DNA of 63,983 nucleotides, filler included, from Dimargaris cristalligena (GCA_003614675.1; 17 parts of 17 records of this genome joined end to end with filler, not necessarily neighbours in it), one strand, 5' to 3'. Shown: positions 23,749 through 37,687, counted from the whole stretch's first letter. Made by a program: numbers and translations. The notes: generated from the letters alone by a model not told the origin.

Positions 23749-26744
23749 CCTGGTCAATGTAAAAGTGCTGATTAAGTGCAAATTGAGCGGGTCACAGGCA
23801 CGTAAAGAGAAAATTGTTCGACTATTTTGGGGAGAAAGCTGGTGGGCATGTAGAGTCAAGCCACTGGTGGATAGATGGCGCGAATAGGCAGCGAGATAGT
23901 GGACAGGGAAAATACTGTTGGACTGCACCTCCCCCCAAGTACCATTTACTGTATCGGGTATTTCGAGTGATCCTATTGGTCGAAACTACACTCAATAAAT
24001 ACCACTGCGATGAGCTTCATTCTCATCTTGCGGTTCTTTCCATTTTATATCTCTCTTGAAATAAATATCGTCTTAAATCTATCTCGTAATATCATTGAGA
24101 GAATCTGCAGTTATTCCAACAAATACTAGGCAAAGTATTGCGTGAATTGATAAGCAACAGTAGTGCGCTATGAGCTATTAAATTATAGTGATTGAAAAGG
24201 GGAACAGCATGCTGTAGAAGTGGATAGTGGGGTGAATAAATACGGGACCACGGCTTATATAACTATTAATTGAACCAACCAGAGTTAGCAGTGGTGGGTG
24301 TGGGGAATATATGGCATATACCAATAGCTTCTTGAGCCTTAAGACCTGGCAGGCGGTGGATAGGCAGTATTTCGTAATTCGGGTGGTGTCGCTATCGCAG
24401 ATAGCACTAGTGTAAACCTAACTGACGTACATGTTGGTATCAACAGCAATTAAGATCTTCGACTTTTAAGACCGATGGGAGGGTAAATAGATACAGCTTT
24501 TCCGTTTCTGATTAACGAAGTAAATCCGAATGAAATAGGCTCCAATGAGATATACTATATAGTGGTGGAGAGGGTAAAATTAAGTGACCAGCTATTGAGC
24601 GATTGTCTCTAATTGGGGGGCATTCTACAGCACCTTTTGAGGCGTCGATTACCATGTTGCCAATCATTGGCTTATTCACAAGAATCTATGATCACGGGTT
24701 TCGAGAACTGAAGACAGCGATTCTCACATAGGTTCTCTCGATCGTATACTAGCAGTCCACAATAAATTCGACGACCAATAACCGTATGTCTAATGGTCAA
24801 TTATATTTTAGACGTTGATGAGGTGGTTGCTTCACCCTGGCTTATAGCAAAGAGAATAGGTGTCATGTTAACCTCGCTAACGTATTATTTGTTGTAATTA
24901 AACTTAAGGAGGGGTATTCCCTCCCCCCCCCAAAAAAAAGGGGCAATACGACAGCGAATAAGTAGTAGGGCGGGTATAGATTATCGGGCATGAGTAGTCA
25001 AATGCATTAGATAATATAAATGATTGAATGCACTGGCCGATGTATACAAAAAATAGATACATGTAGAAGGAATATGCATGTGGCTAGTTGGCGAGGAATC
25101 CGGCCGCTTTCACTGTTCCACAAAATGAAGAGAAGGGGAAATACGTAGAACTAGGGGTCGTTGCCCATATCTTCTACAGAGCGGGCGGAGGTACGGCCAA
25201 TGGGATCCTCGTCGATATTTTTTCAAGTCACGGCCTTCATACCGATATTCATTGACCCATTGTATTAGAATCGATCAATCTTGGTAAATCATCCAAGATT
25301 AACGAAAAAGCCGCCCCCAAGAACATAAGTAGGCCGCCTTAATGGGTTCCATCTCCAGTGAAGTTATCTACTAAACGCCATTTAATAATGATGGTCATTA
25401 AACATCACTGTAAAATAGCACGCAGCTTCCGACTTGGATTATCCCCGGTCCCTTGACTGGTGCCGTAAAATTGAGCGAGGATTCCCTCAGTGGCGGAAAT
25501 AGGCTTGCCTCTCTCATTTGATCAAAGAGTAGGCGTCAGGAGATGAACAATAGAAATACAGCGAGAAACCACCTAAGGGCAAGGCCGCTCCCTATGGCTC
25601 AGGCTATGTGCCGTGCATAATGTCCTCACAATGGATGGCCTGGAAGCAGGATGATTACCCAATTCGAGGATGTACAGCTAGGGAATCAAGCACTATGGAT
25701 ATAATGATCGTTGCGAGAGAGAGCTGGTAATTACATATCATGGCTTACATCACATAAGTGAATGATGCCACGATTGCGCCCAACACTAGAATTGTCCAAG
25801 TTAGATAGTTAAAGGGGCCACGGCAATAGCCAAGCGGGTTACGACCATTATGTCCGGAGGGTGCTCCCATAAAAACTCCGGTCCGAAGCAATTTACCGTG
25901 GGTCAAATCTCTACTAAAGCCTGGCCATCCTACGCCAAAGTGGAGTATACACCGGCGGATATTTGCATAGTACCGAAAGATATTTGACCAATTAGCACCG
26001 TCTGCTCTTCCTTTGCCCTAACCTAAAACTTTTAACAATCCTGGCTCGCGGTATACTATGGTCCTTGAATCTATCTAGATATTTCCTAAATATGTACACT
26101 ATTGTCACTATTATCTATTAGATTTCATTCGATGAAATCAAAAACCTAGACTAACTGAATACCCTATCATAAATTGACATTGGCGATTCATATTACCAGA
26201 CAGTCGTCTTTTTATTCTAACGAAATATGCCACCATGTCCATATGTGTATTTGGCTATGTTACAAAATCATAGCTATCACCAGCCCCGCTACGACGGCGT
26301 CTTTGCGGACCAAGCCTCTATTCGAAAAACGAGTACGGCCAATAGCGGCATGTCGATTAGTACGGCTAGACTAATGTCTTTCCCATTACAATATTTACAA
26401 CCATCTCGCGGAATGATTTGTAATTGAGAGTTCCAGCTAGATTAAGAAAGGGCGGGTTTCCTTCAATGTTTAGCTTGCACATGTTCATATTCTTCAGGCC
26501 AGTGGAGCGAGTAAACCTATTACTTCATACCTTAAAACCCACCAAGAGGTTGCTTCTGTCCTTGAGTGCTTTCCATGGTGTTGCTGTTAATTTATGTGTC
26601 TTATCATTTATAGTTTCCTGTGTCCATTCCAGCCAATAATTAAGTGAAATGTCCAAAAAAAAAAGCACTTATCTTGCAGTTTGCTTGGTTTTACTGTTGG
26701 AAATATAAATATGATGGTAAACGCAAGTACCTTCAATTGCAACT

Positions 26745-26841
26745 ATAAAGATTTAAAGAAGAGAGAAAGAACTGCAAGGGGCAAGGCTAGATGCCCACGG
26801 TTGGTTTTATTGAATTGGATAATAGCAGTAATAACGATTAG
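26745..26841. repeat. Dispersed repeat (possibly another LTR)
   Basis: TTTAAAGAAGAGAGAAAGAACYGCAAGGG...TAGATGCC..CGGTTGGTTTTATT also occurs at about 40958-41020 and, more diverged, at about 60565-60632. Confidence 0.6.
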
Positions 26842-26941
26842 NNNNNNNNNNNNNNNNNNNNNNNNNNNNNNNNNNNNNNNNNNNNTTAATTAATTAANNN
26901 NNNNNNNNNNNNNNNNNNNNNNNNNNNNNNNNNNNNNNNNN

Positions 26942-28955
26942 GGAGCAGACTAATGAGCCGGTCCGCCACGGTCATGTCGTCGAAGGCCAGGAAGGATTCC
27001 ATTAGTGCGTTGAATAGGGCCGGGTCCCAGCAACTGCCACTCAGGCCGTAGAGCGGGAGGGCCAGGAGGTCCTGGAACAGCGCATCGAGGCGCTGCCGGC
27101 TGCGGTCATCCACCGCCTGCTGGGCGAGTGCTTGGAACAATCCGGAGGTTAAATGCACCCGGTTCTGGTACAGGTGGTCGTAAATGCGCTTCGCTTGGGC
27201 GGCGTTCTCGCCTTGGGCGTTGCCAATGAGCCAATCGGTATACCCCTGGGGGGACAGCTGGGCCGAGTCGGTCCATAGCTCGGCGTTGGCCTCCCGCAGG
27301 CCCAGTCGGTTGCCGAGCTGTCCGTAGGCCCGGGCCAGGGCGGCGAGCGATTCGGTCCGTTCCATACCGCCGAGGGCCTCTACCACGCGGGAGATATCCC
27401 CGAGCAGCTCGGGCAGGTTAAGCCGCCGAGCCGCATTGATCATGACAATATGGCACCGGTAGTAGCCCTCGCGTTGGATAAACATGACTTGCTGGTAAAT
27501 CGCCAGGGCCTCGTCGGGGCAGTTGTTGCGGATGAGGAGGTTGAGGCATTGGCGCAGGTCCCCGGACTGCAGGTGTTCAAACGGAATGGTGTCCTTGACC
27601 CGGTTGTAGCAGGCGAACATGGCCTCCGGGTCCCGCACCTCGTAATACGCGCGCATCATGACCAGGGCGTGGTGCCACGTGGGGGTCGCGCCGAACCGGG
27701 TCTGGATGCATTCAATAAGCCGCCGGACCATGTGTTCGCTGCGACACAGCGTAAAGGCCCGGAGGTAGGCACTCCAGGACTCGGTGTTGGAGGGGTAGCG
27801 CCGCTTGACGGCCCCCTCGTCGAACAGGCGGGTCAGGAGGGGCAGGTCCCGGATGCGGCCCAGCAGATTGATGATGAGGTTGTACGTGAGGGGGTTGATG
27901 GTGTACGTGGGGCTGTCCAGAATATAGTGTACAATGTCCACCAGCAGACCGGGGTGCTTCATCACTGCCCCCTCGCGCCGTTGCAGTGCCGCTAAAATCT
28001 CGGGGTGGATGGCCACCCCGGTGACCTTGATGGCCCGGTGGTATTCGCCTAGCACGGACTGAACGGCGTCGAAGTTGCCGCACCGGCTCAGGAGCCGCAG
28101 GTAGGTGTTGTACAGCGAGAGGTTAATGTCAAAGTCGTTTTCAATGGCGTACCGCCATAGTTTGCGCCCCCGGGATTCGTTGGCGGACCGGGCGTAACTG
28201 TTCATGAGCGACGCGAGGTGGTTGCTGGGCCGGGGCCTCGGGCATTCCAGGGCATCCAGCGGAATACCGCCAATGGCGAACCACACCTTCTCGGGCTGAT
28301 TGACCATGGCGTAGGCCCGCAGCAGCGTCTGGTAGTCGGTGAAGGTAAATGCATCGAGCGCGTCGGCGTCCGGCGGGCCCTGCTCCCGGAGCCGAAAGTA
28401 ACGGAGGGCGGCGTTGAGCCAACTGTCGCAAATCTGGGCGACGCGAAGGGAGGTGGCCACGCTCTGGATATAGGCCGCCTTGGCCTTAGTTTCCTGGGCC
28501 TCATTGACCACCTTATTCCGGTGGTGCTGGTTACGCCTGAGCATCGGTTGTATATAGTACTGGACCAGGTTGCGATAGTCGCCTAGGGTAAGGTGGGAGG
28601 ATAGCGACTGACGGAGTACAGCCTGGTAACCGTACCAGACGGCGTCCGGTTTCCCGGTGTCGGGGTCGCTGGCAAGGAGTTCATGCAACCGCTGCAAAGG
28701 TGGGGGGTGTGGGGATTCGGCGCTGGTTCCCAACCAATCCGACTCTGCAGTGGGGACCGGGGGGGAAATGGATGGGGAGGAGATAAGTTCCACGGGGGGT
28801 CGATTGGTGGGTAAGTGGACGGATCGCCGTGGGGGTGCCGTTATGCCCGAGCGGTGCAGGTGGGCGGGGAGGGTTCGGAAAAGGGTCGATCCCGAGCGAA
28901 TGGCATGGGTCTCCCTGGGCCATGGCAGGTGGCTCACGAAATTCAGTTGACGCAT
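26942..28955 (-). CDS. Pentatricopeptide-repeat (PPR) protein, likely mitochondrial; 3' truncated
   Basis: A GC-rich open frame of at least 670 codons with repeated helical units such as DYQTLLRAYAM, SLYNTYLRLLSRCG, LTYNLIINLLGR, ESWSAYLRAF and ALFNALMESF. The N-terminus from ATG 28955 is Arg/Ser-rich. Confidence 0.85.
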
Positions 28956-30234
28956 GCCGAATTGGGGGGTGTATGGAAAGAGGAGGGGGGGTATTCTGAA
29001 TAAGCGGAATGCGCTAATATACAAATGCAATGTAGGACATGGTGGAAGCACAGGGTATGGTCCAGTTCAAAAGAAAAAGAACAGCGTCGTCTATAGCTAA
29101 GTTACCCGACGAATAGGCTGTTGGCAGTGGTAGGCCCAGCGATCCCCTTTTTGCGCAGGAACGGTTCGATGGGGTGCTATACCACACGCCTTTCATTATT
29201 TATCAAGTCAAGGTTGGCCTAGTCGGTATTATTTATTATCTAGCGTATTAATTATCACAGGGCCGTATTCAATTGGTATTTAGCCTACTGGCTTGTTGGA
29301 TAGCTTATTGACCGGCCGTCTGGGTCACATTCCCTGTAGACATGCTGAAATGCTTACCAGTTGCGCACTACTTTGATGCTCCTCATCTCACCCGTAATGG
29401 TGATCAAATAAACCAAATTCTTACTTTAGAGCCGACGGCTTTAGCTGGACCCCGCCACTACCTATTGCACGCGGCATTATCTGAATAGGTCTATTCATGA
29501 GGAAATGTCACTGATTATTGCTGGAACTGGTAGATTTTACGTTGCCTGGGGTGGGATGATAAGCCAGGGCGTTTAGTGGGCCCTTTTCGCCTTTTGAGAG
29601 TCTGAATTGACGCACCCCTCGGTCAAGCACGGTCAAGTAACCACACTCCCCGTCCATTATATCCCAATAGTTTTGGGTACGTCGTTCTAACCCTCACTAA
29701 TCCTTGTTTTGAATTACGGGCATGTCCACCATAAATAGCAGTCGGCGGAGGCCTCCACCGACTTTCTCTATTGTTCTGAGGATAGGTAAATTGGTGGCTA
29801 AAGGTAGGGGCGCAGTCACGTGGCGTTCCCTCGTATGAATTAATCAGGCATATAGTCTCTCGTTGTAACGGGCCGCCCACAACACCCATCAGTGCTGAAA
29901 CGGGCCCCTTATGAGCTCCATATGGACCGTGCCCATCCGAGGTTTGCCATTCTTGGCGTACTTGGGCTATTCCCGCATTCCACTCTACTGTCGCATGTTT
30001 CATCGTTTGCTTGTTCCGGTCCATGCTTCCCTTCCTGCTCCCAACCGCTTCGCATCGCTACTGAGGAGAGTTCAGCTCCCAAAACCAACCACTGGTCCAG
30101 CTTACGTTAGCCTGTGTCTCCGCCAGGCTTTGCCGCCGCTGGTGATTTCGTTCCAGTCGACTTTTGCTAATATACCATAATACATCCCCCGTTTAGCGGA
30201 CCTATTTCATTATTTCCCCCCTTTTTTTTTGGCC

Positions 30235-30395
30235 ATGGATGACTTGAACGATCTCATCTGGCAAGGCCAGCCAACCAAACCAACCCCCAAGGCCAAGGCC
30301 AATGGTGCCGCATCCCTGTCTAGCCTCGCCGCCCAGCAGCCCGTGCGGGGGTTTAATTCACCCGCGCGAACCGCTGCCGCCTCTGGTCTCAGTTC
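30235..30395 (+). CDS. 5' end of a probable Swa2/auxilin-like (UBA-TPR-DnaJ) protein, divergent from the PPR gene
   Basis: GCCATGG Kozak context. MDDLNDLIW resembles the MDDL..L.W N-terminus I recall for fungal Swa2 homologs, followed by P/S/A-rich sequence. No diagnostic domain is visible. Confidence 0.4.
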
Positions 30396-30747
30396 CAGTA
30401 GAGTATCCCGGCCTGTGTCGGTCAATCTCAAGAACCGCTGGCCCCCCTCGACCTCCACTCCGGCCGTTGGACCCCGATTTGCTACCACCCGCCTGAGCGG
30501 AGTTGGATTTACCTGTGGACGCCGCTGGGGAATGGTGGGTCTGCCAAAAGGTGCCCCGCAAAGCGGGACCATCATGTGCAGACGAAGGGGTCGGGGTGAT
30601 GCGACGCTCGGGTGGGCTGTCCTTGGGGGTGGGAGGGGCCGGGTCATNNNNNNNNNNNNNNNNNNNNNNNNNNNNNNNNNNNNNNNNNNNNTTAATTAAT
30701 TAANNNNNNNNNNNNNNNNNNNNNNNNNNNNNNNNNNNNNNNNNNNN

Positions 30748-31312
30748 TAGTCCATCAAGAGTCCTGAGGATAGGCTTCTAACAGTAGGCAGGGCTTAGAC
30801 TTAGCCAAGTAGGCTACTAGTATCAGGATAGGGGTGTAATACTAACCAATAAAGGATAATGCAGGTAAATGCAAGGGACATGCAGTGGGTACACTTACTA
30901 GTTAGTATGGGGGGGTGAGCATATATAGAGTTTATTAAGGTAAACTGGGGGATGTGAATAAGCTAAGGAATTGAACCAGTCCCAGTGGGGCCTGGTTATA
31001 TATATGTGGGGACAGCTCCAGAGGGAGGTCCCAAGGGAAATACTACTAAGGTTAAGGTATGGATAGGTAAAGAATCTGACTGGATGGCTTCACATTGGGA
31101 AGACCCTCATGGGAACTGGAAGAGACTTGGATTGGTAAGTTGAGTGTTTTGGGGTGCAAAGTATTGGAGTTGGAATGAGTAGAGTTATATAATAACTGAT
31201 GACCCCATAGTACCAGGGGTGACTATAGGGGGGGGGGGTTAGTATGGCACTATAAGGCCTAATAAGGATGGTAAATTATTAGGTTTAGATTGTCAGATTA
31301 GGAGGGTTGATA
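30748..31312 (-). mobile_element. LTR family 1, near full length
   Basis: Co-linear with 1399-1954. Ends GGAGGGTTGATA. Confidence 0.9.
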
Positions 31313-33139
31313 GGGCAGATACCAGTATTTTATATTAGAGTGGCCAGAAGGTTAATGAGCTACCACTCCTTAGTGGCCAGTTTATTGTGTATTTCTCTAG
31401 TCACTCAACAACAAAACACTATCCAGACTATGCTCTACTATATGTTAATTTATTGAGGTTGGCAGGGGACAATCAGCTAATTCCTCAACTACCTACTTTT
31501 TCACTCTTCAGCTAATTATACACCCCTGCAATAAAGGCATAGCTTCAGCACAGTCAATACAACATAGCATTACAGTGAGAAGTTGGGCTATATTGTAAAT
31601 TTAGTTCTTTTCCACCCTCAATAATGACACAGTTTAGATTGACAGCTTTGTAAGAAACAACCAATTGGAATGGGTCCTGGAATCCCTACTATTGAACTGC
31701 CTACCAGACCACCCTGTTGCTTAACCCCATAATTCCCCTGTTTGGTTTGCGTAGCTTAGAAAATGAGCCCTACTAGAATCCCTTTAAATATATATATATA
31801 TATATATACATATTAACCTGTATAGCTAGTTATTTAGGGGCAAACATGTATACAGCACTTAACTGGTGGAAAGTCATATCCTCCCTCCAACTAATAATAT
31901 AAGCCATCCTGTAACAGACCAAAACTGCTAAGCTACCATGAAGCAAGGCTACAAAGTTAGTCCTGCAATAATTTATGGTGCACCCCCACCTATACAAGTG
32001 AGCCACTGAGCTGAGGATAGCCAGCCTCCATGTTTAATGAGTAGTAAAAACCTACGCCCCAGGTTAGAGAACTATGGGGGCACTATGGCTAGTCAATCCG
32101 GGTCACCACCATCCAGACCTTTGCAAGAAGATGTAAATAAACACATTCTCCCCCTTCTCCCTTGGCCATAAGGCTGTAGCAGTGAAGTAAAACAATACCC
32201 TTCTGTCCATCATACTGATCTTTATATATTTGTTATTTGTGAACAAAGGTGCAGAATCCAATAAGTGACTGTAGATTTGTTGGAGAGGATGTATATACTT
32301 CTTCACTTGCTTTTCCCTTTGATTTTGATTAAAGCATCCATCAGACTTTGGCTAATCATCCCTCTGGCAGGATAAAAATAATCCATGATGGCCTTTTTTC
32401 AAGTCAAGTGGTTGCTATAAATTGCACTATAGAATATCCTAACCATCTCCCTTTATTTTACCACATTGTATTGTTCCCTCAATTGGTTGATCCTCTCCAT
32501 GGAAAAGATGGTTTACGAGAAGTCAAGTAGGATATCTTAAACACATAAGAGGATGGCTATTAGCTTGGATAGTCCCATCAAAGGGAATTATGGCTTTTAA
32601 GAAGAAGACTAATAAGTCTGTTAATCTCCAAGGGGTGTAACAACAACCTAGGTGGCCCAAGTCCAGGAAATTCCAATACATACTACTAGTCTCCCCCATT
32701 GATTAGATGGGACTGACCCTGAGTCACAGGATGCAATACAAAGCCTCTATGAGAAACCTTTGAAAGAGAAGTCTCATTAAATCCCATCTCTTCCAGCAGA
32801 GTAGCACTTTGGTCAACTCCCCTAACTTAACTTTAGAAAGTACTGAGTGAAATGGATAATAGTGCACCTAAGCAATATTCCAGCCAGGAATACCAATATT
32901 ATAAGCATAGTAAATTTATTGCTGGTGACTAAAGATGGGACAACCATTTTTGGGGCCAACCAGTTCTTGTATTTCCTGTTACTATCTTCTGAGAATTTCA
33001 GTATAAAATGATGGTAATTGCCCACCAGTACTCTCAATAATATCCAAGCATCCCATTCATTTACCTCACTTCTTCATTCCAATCCAATATTTTTACTCCT
33101 CCCTTCCCCCACTCAAACTCCCACTTCCCCCTCCTCATA

Positions 33140-33328
33140 ATGCAGTCCACTTCTTTCATCAAGACCTTCCTTGTCACCACCCTTGCCATGTGTGCTTTTG
33201 CCCTAGCCAGCCTGCCTGACACTTCTTCCCTTTCCCACTCTTTGCCCCTGGTGCACTGCAGTGGTAGTGAGGAAAAGACCCTTATCCACTGTGATGCTAA
33301 GAGGGGAAAGGGCTTCACCCAGAACTAG
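33140..33328 (+). pseudogene. CpG-stripped small secreted protein gene
   Basis: Signal peptide MQSTSFIKTFLVTTLAMCAFALA. No CpG is apparent in the ORF. CAC-TGC and CAC-TGT sit at positions where CGC-CGY (RR) would be expected. Confidence 0.5.
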
Positions 33329-34106
33329 GCCTATGTAGTGCCGTGAGAATGTTGGCTGACAGCCTTCAGTATCTGGCTATCAATTCATCTGCCAATTCTT
33401 ATGTTAACACGACAATCATCAAATATTACAATACTTACGACTGTTTTTTTAATCAAATATTAACAATTACAATTGATATGACAAATTTTATGAGAAATAT
33501 TCCACGCCTTTTGGGAAGTCAACTCCCAATTTGTTATTTTATACTCATGATAACGGCCATGTGTTGTGATGATATTATGATGGTATTTAAACCTGTTAAT
33601 GAGATTCTGTGTTATTTATAATGACGGATTTGCGACCTCTGTTCAGGGAGCCCTCTTCCTGCAATGGAAAACAATATTTTGTTCATAATTCCTATTTTTT
33701 TCACAATTACTATTATATAAAAACAATAAAAACTAATAATTTACTTATTTCTTCCCTCAAAAATACATAAACACTTAACACTTTCTCTTCAATGTTGTGT
33801 CTCCCCATTCGTTCCTCTGGACCTAGTGTCCCACCTTTGTCTGGCCTAGGTACACCACTATCCATGCCCCAGTGCTCTACACTTGAGCAGGGCACACTAA
33901 CCCATGTTTTGAATCCTAGTGGTGGATTAGATAATCCCAATACCAACACACCTATAGCATGCATGGCAAACTACCCTCACCCTCCACCCCAAAGCAACAA
34001 GACCAACACCCCTCCCCCCAGTTTCTGGCCACTATTCCCAGCAATATTACCATTCACCCATCCCTCTCTATACACTAATGCATTACTATTCATTCATTTA
34101 TGTATA

Positions 34107-34446
34107 TGTTGGCCTACCTAATCCTCCCTAAATATGGAATAACTGATCAGCCCATCTGATCTTGCCTTATTGTGCCATATTACTCTCCCCTTACTATACA
34201 ACCCACTATGACTGGGCCCCAATGCTTCTCACGCAATACTCCACTGGCTGATCTAATATTCCTTCTCTCTTAGTTAAGTCTTCTGGATACAAGCCCCCCA
34301 GTCAAGGCACTGCCCCTCACCTCTTCTTTAGTCATTCCATTGCTCTTAAAGGACCCCTCATTATGAGCAGTCCCCATGTATAAATAACCGAGCCCCTCTG
34401 GGACCAGTTCAGTTCCTTAGCTTATTCCTTACCCCCATAGTTTACC
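34107..34446 (+). mobile_element. LTR family 1, partial (subfamily shared with 45627-45802)
   Basis: TGTTGGCCTACCTAATCC start and CTTAGCTTATTCCTTACCCCC landmark. Confidence 0.75.
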
Positions 34447-34956
34447 NNNNNNNNNNNNNNNNNNNNNNNNNNNNNNNNNNNNNNNNNNNNTTAATTAATT
34501 AANNNNNNNNNNNNNNNNNNNNNNNNNNNNNNNNNNNNNNNNNNNNCACAGGTTGTTGCAAGATGAACAGGGTGTACCATTAAGGTCCCTTTTAGTGGAC
34601 GCCACCGTGTTATCCATTGTCTTTCCCCTGCTACCCACCTCCAATCCGACACCCCTTCGTGTTACTATATCCTAATCCAACGTCCTTGCGAGACTTGGCG
34701 ACGGAATGAGTATAGCGACTACTGATAACTACAGGGGAAAGGGGTGACGCATTACAGGGAGCTATAACGCAGGCCTACTTCGCCAAGACAGGAGCATTAT
34801 ATATAAATGGTCGATATTCACCCCCCATCCAACGATTATTTATCACTGAGGTTCTATTTTTCCGAACAACCCTGTTTTTTATAGTCTGACCTGTATACCA
34901 GCAGCCAAATCACCTTCCCCTTCTCACTCCGTTTGCTTTGCCTACATTCGTTCACC

Positions 34957-37068
34957 ATGAGAGTCTTCAACATGAACTACCTGAATTGGGTGGCGTTGGC
35001 GCTCACTCTCAGTATTCATTTACCTAGTGCCGCGTCCTCGCCCATGGATATGCCGGCCAGCCCTGACTATGAAGCGATGGACCTAGGGTCCGAGTCCCAG
35101 TCTGACCAGCCGTCCACCGCCCTTTCCAATAACGACCCTGCCAGCGAAGCCCTGGCTGCCGACCTTCAATTGTTACCCAAGCACCCCGCCGAAGAATTCC
35201 AACAAGGCCAGCGGATCCAATATGGGCAGTTGCCTACCGAATTGAAAAGCCGTATCACTGATTATGCTATCATCGGAAATCGCGACCAACTGCAACTAGC
35301 GAACAAGGAGAATTACGGCTTGACTAAAGACCATCCGTACCAGAGAACGCTGGTAAGTGCAAATTATAACGATTTTGAATTCGAAAGCACGAACCCCACA
35401 ACTGGTGACTTTTTGGCCTGCATTTATCGGGTTTTATCTGTTCGCCTGTTATTTTAACCCCACCAACCCTATAATATGGAGTATCTTCCAAATCGGTCCA
35501 CACCCTCACCTCACATTATTCACTGTTTACGGCAAATTATTTTTGGAAAACAGGCGCAATTCAGGGCACTTGATTATGATATTCAATCATTAAAGCGTCG
35601 CTTCGAGGTTGCCGATATGGCTCGTCAGGCTTCCAAGAGCATTCCCGAAATTAGCCAACTTGGTCAAGAGGCAATGCCTCAACTTCGCGAACTTAACCGA
35701 AAGTGCCGAGAAGCTATTCAGCTTTCTCTAAACGGCAATCCTGCGCATCTCGAAACTATCCCTGTCCCTCAGGAATATAGACAGCTCCAGCTCGAAACTC
35801 ACAGACTTGCGTACTATCTTGGACGGTACTTCCTCGGAACCACCCTGCTACTTCAGGAAGTGACTAAGATCTGGCGTCGGATTTTTCACCACCAGTTTAG
35901 TGCGTCAATTTTCTACTACTTAGAAGGGGGGTTCATGAGTTCAGCATACGAAATTGACCAATACGCCACTGCCAATAATGGTGAAATTGACAAAGATACC
36001 CTTTTGGATTTCTATCTCTTCGTCAAACATAACAAGGATGATCCGTTATTTCAGCTAAACGCCTGGGATTTCATTAATCCCGACCACTTGTCTAGTGCAG
36101 CGCTGGCAGATCAATTTCCGCTGCTGGCTTTGGTGGATGTCCTATCCAACGGTCGTCAAATCCTCGAAATACTTCGCACTCTATTCGATCCCACGTTCCT
36201 AAAAGCCATCGACGCTGGCTGGGAGCCAACGGACTCTGAACGAATGCACCGGCTAATAGATTTTAATGTCGAGCCTGAGGAAGGACCGGTCGCCAAAGAG
36301 CGGATTTTCGGTGCCATGATTCCTCGAGTGATTTCCCTAGTCATGGCTCGCTTAGCTACGACGGGTCGATTCGATCATCTAATGGAGTTTATGGATGTTC
36401 TTCCGGCCTTGATTGAAACACTGAATAGTACAGGGGAAAATACCCGGGACCCATATTTCAGGGACATCTACATGTATTACTCATTTAACCGATTAGCGGT
36501 TATCTTGGCCGCGGTGGGCCACCACAAGCCGGCCTTGGAGCAGTTCACCCGAGTCTATACAGATGGTACATCCGCTATTCCCCCTAATGATATGCTTGCG
36601 GACCAATCGGAATTGATCTCTATTATGAGACACGAAGCCCTTCCTAAAGGTGCCGAATTTCTACGACAGTACTGGGGGCTTCCACCCACCTCTGACCCAG
36701 AGGACACTTCCTCAACCACCATCGACGGTGAGACCCATGAAGACATTCCAGAGGTAGAACTTCCTACAGATTTCACACATACTCCCGTATATCTTGGTGG
36801 TATTTATGACTTGAGTGATGATAATCACATGGTCGTAGCGATGCTTCGAACCGAAAATACCTCTGACGAAGTGGCCAAATTATTCAAGGGAGACGAACTG
36901 GCCGTTTCTTATTTATGGAATCAACTCGCGTGCCAAATGACACCCGAAAAGTTTGCTCAGCTGAGGCGCCTTGCCTATGCGAGTACACAAGTAGTTGATG
37001 AGATGGATGTGCAAATATCAGTCACTGAACTCCTCCAATATAATGGTGTCATCCCGTCGGACTTTTAA
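34957..37068 (+). CDS. Secreted protein (~636 aa, 2 exons: 34957-35352 and 35554-37068) with an N-proximal F-box-like motif
   Basis: Signal peptide YLNWVALALTLSIHLPSAASS. A GTAAGT donor at 35353 and a CAG acceptor at 35553 join the two ORFs in phase 0 (QRTL|AQFRAL). Motif YGQLPTELKSRITDYAIIGNRDQLQLANK. TATATAAA at about 34800. Confidence 0.75.
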
Positions 37069-37552
37069 CCATTGGTGGAAAAATGTATTGTTGACCCTAA
37101 TAAAATCTTAGTTCATGTTCTTGCTCAATATCGCTGTTTTGTCAACTACACCAAGTCTGTTTATAGGATATAGTTAAATAGTATACACGAAATAAAATGT
37201 GTTTTGCTCAATAAATAATCACAATCGGTACTAATGACTGTCAGGTTGTTTTAGCTGTAAATAGGAAACCCAATCAACTGTTTCTAAGTAAAACACTATG
37301 ACTATCTTTGAAACAGTGGACAATTGGGAGGGGAAAACAAAACCATATTGGCTAGTGGGATGTCCGGGTTAATTTAATTGCTAGAAGCAAGTCATATAGC
37401 AGACATTCCATATGTTTAGCTAGTCTTCTGACCTATTTAAATGGCCCCTGGAAATTAATGATAATATTATTGAAAATGGTTGAATACAATAATTAGCAAT
37501 GCACTAGTTTGCACCACTGCTATTTACCCTTGGTGATTGTCACTAAGTAGAT

Positions 37553-37687
37553 GGGTGAAGTTCAACTTGGTTGTATAAGGTTTTAACCAATATGTATATG
37601 GGTAAATCGGCGGGATACTTATTTTCAACCAGTAGTACTTGTCTTATCAAACGGAGTTTTGTTATACGGCCTTGTTGAACTACTCCC
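37553..37687 (-). mobile_element. 136-bp MITE family copy with perfect 4-bp TSD AGAT
   Basis: AGAT-GGGTGAAGTTCAA...TTGAACTACTCCC-AGAT. Confidence 0.9.

Noticed and set aside
27450-28950. Many overlapping ORFs within the PPR gene (likewise within COG4 and 50640-51425)
   Set aside because: They are shadow ORFs of GC-rich coding sequence.
32060-32900. Possible integrase (WW.G) or decayed gene on the minus strand
   Set aside because: No HHCC or DDE motifs in any frame I translated. It is CpG-stripped sequence that I cannot assign.
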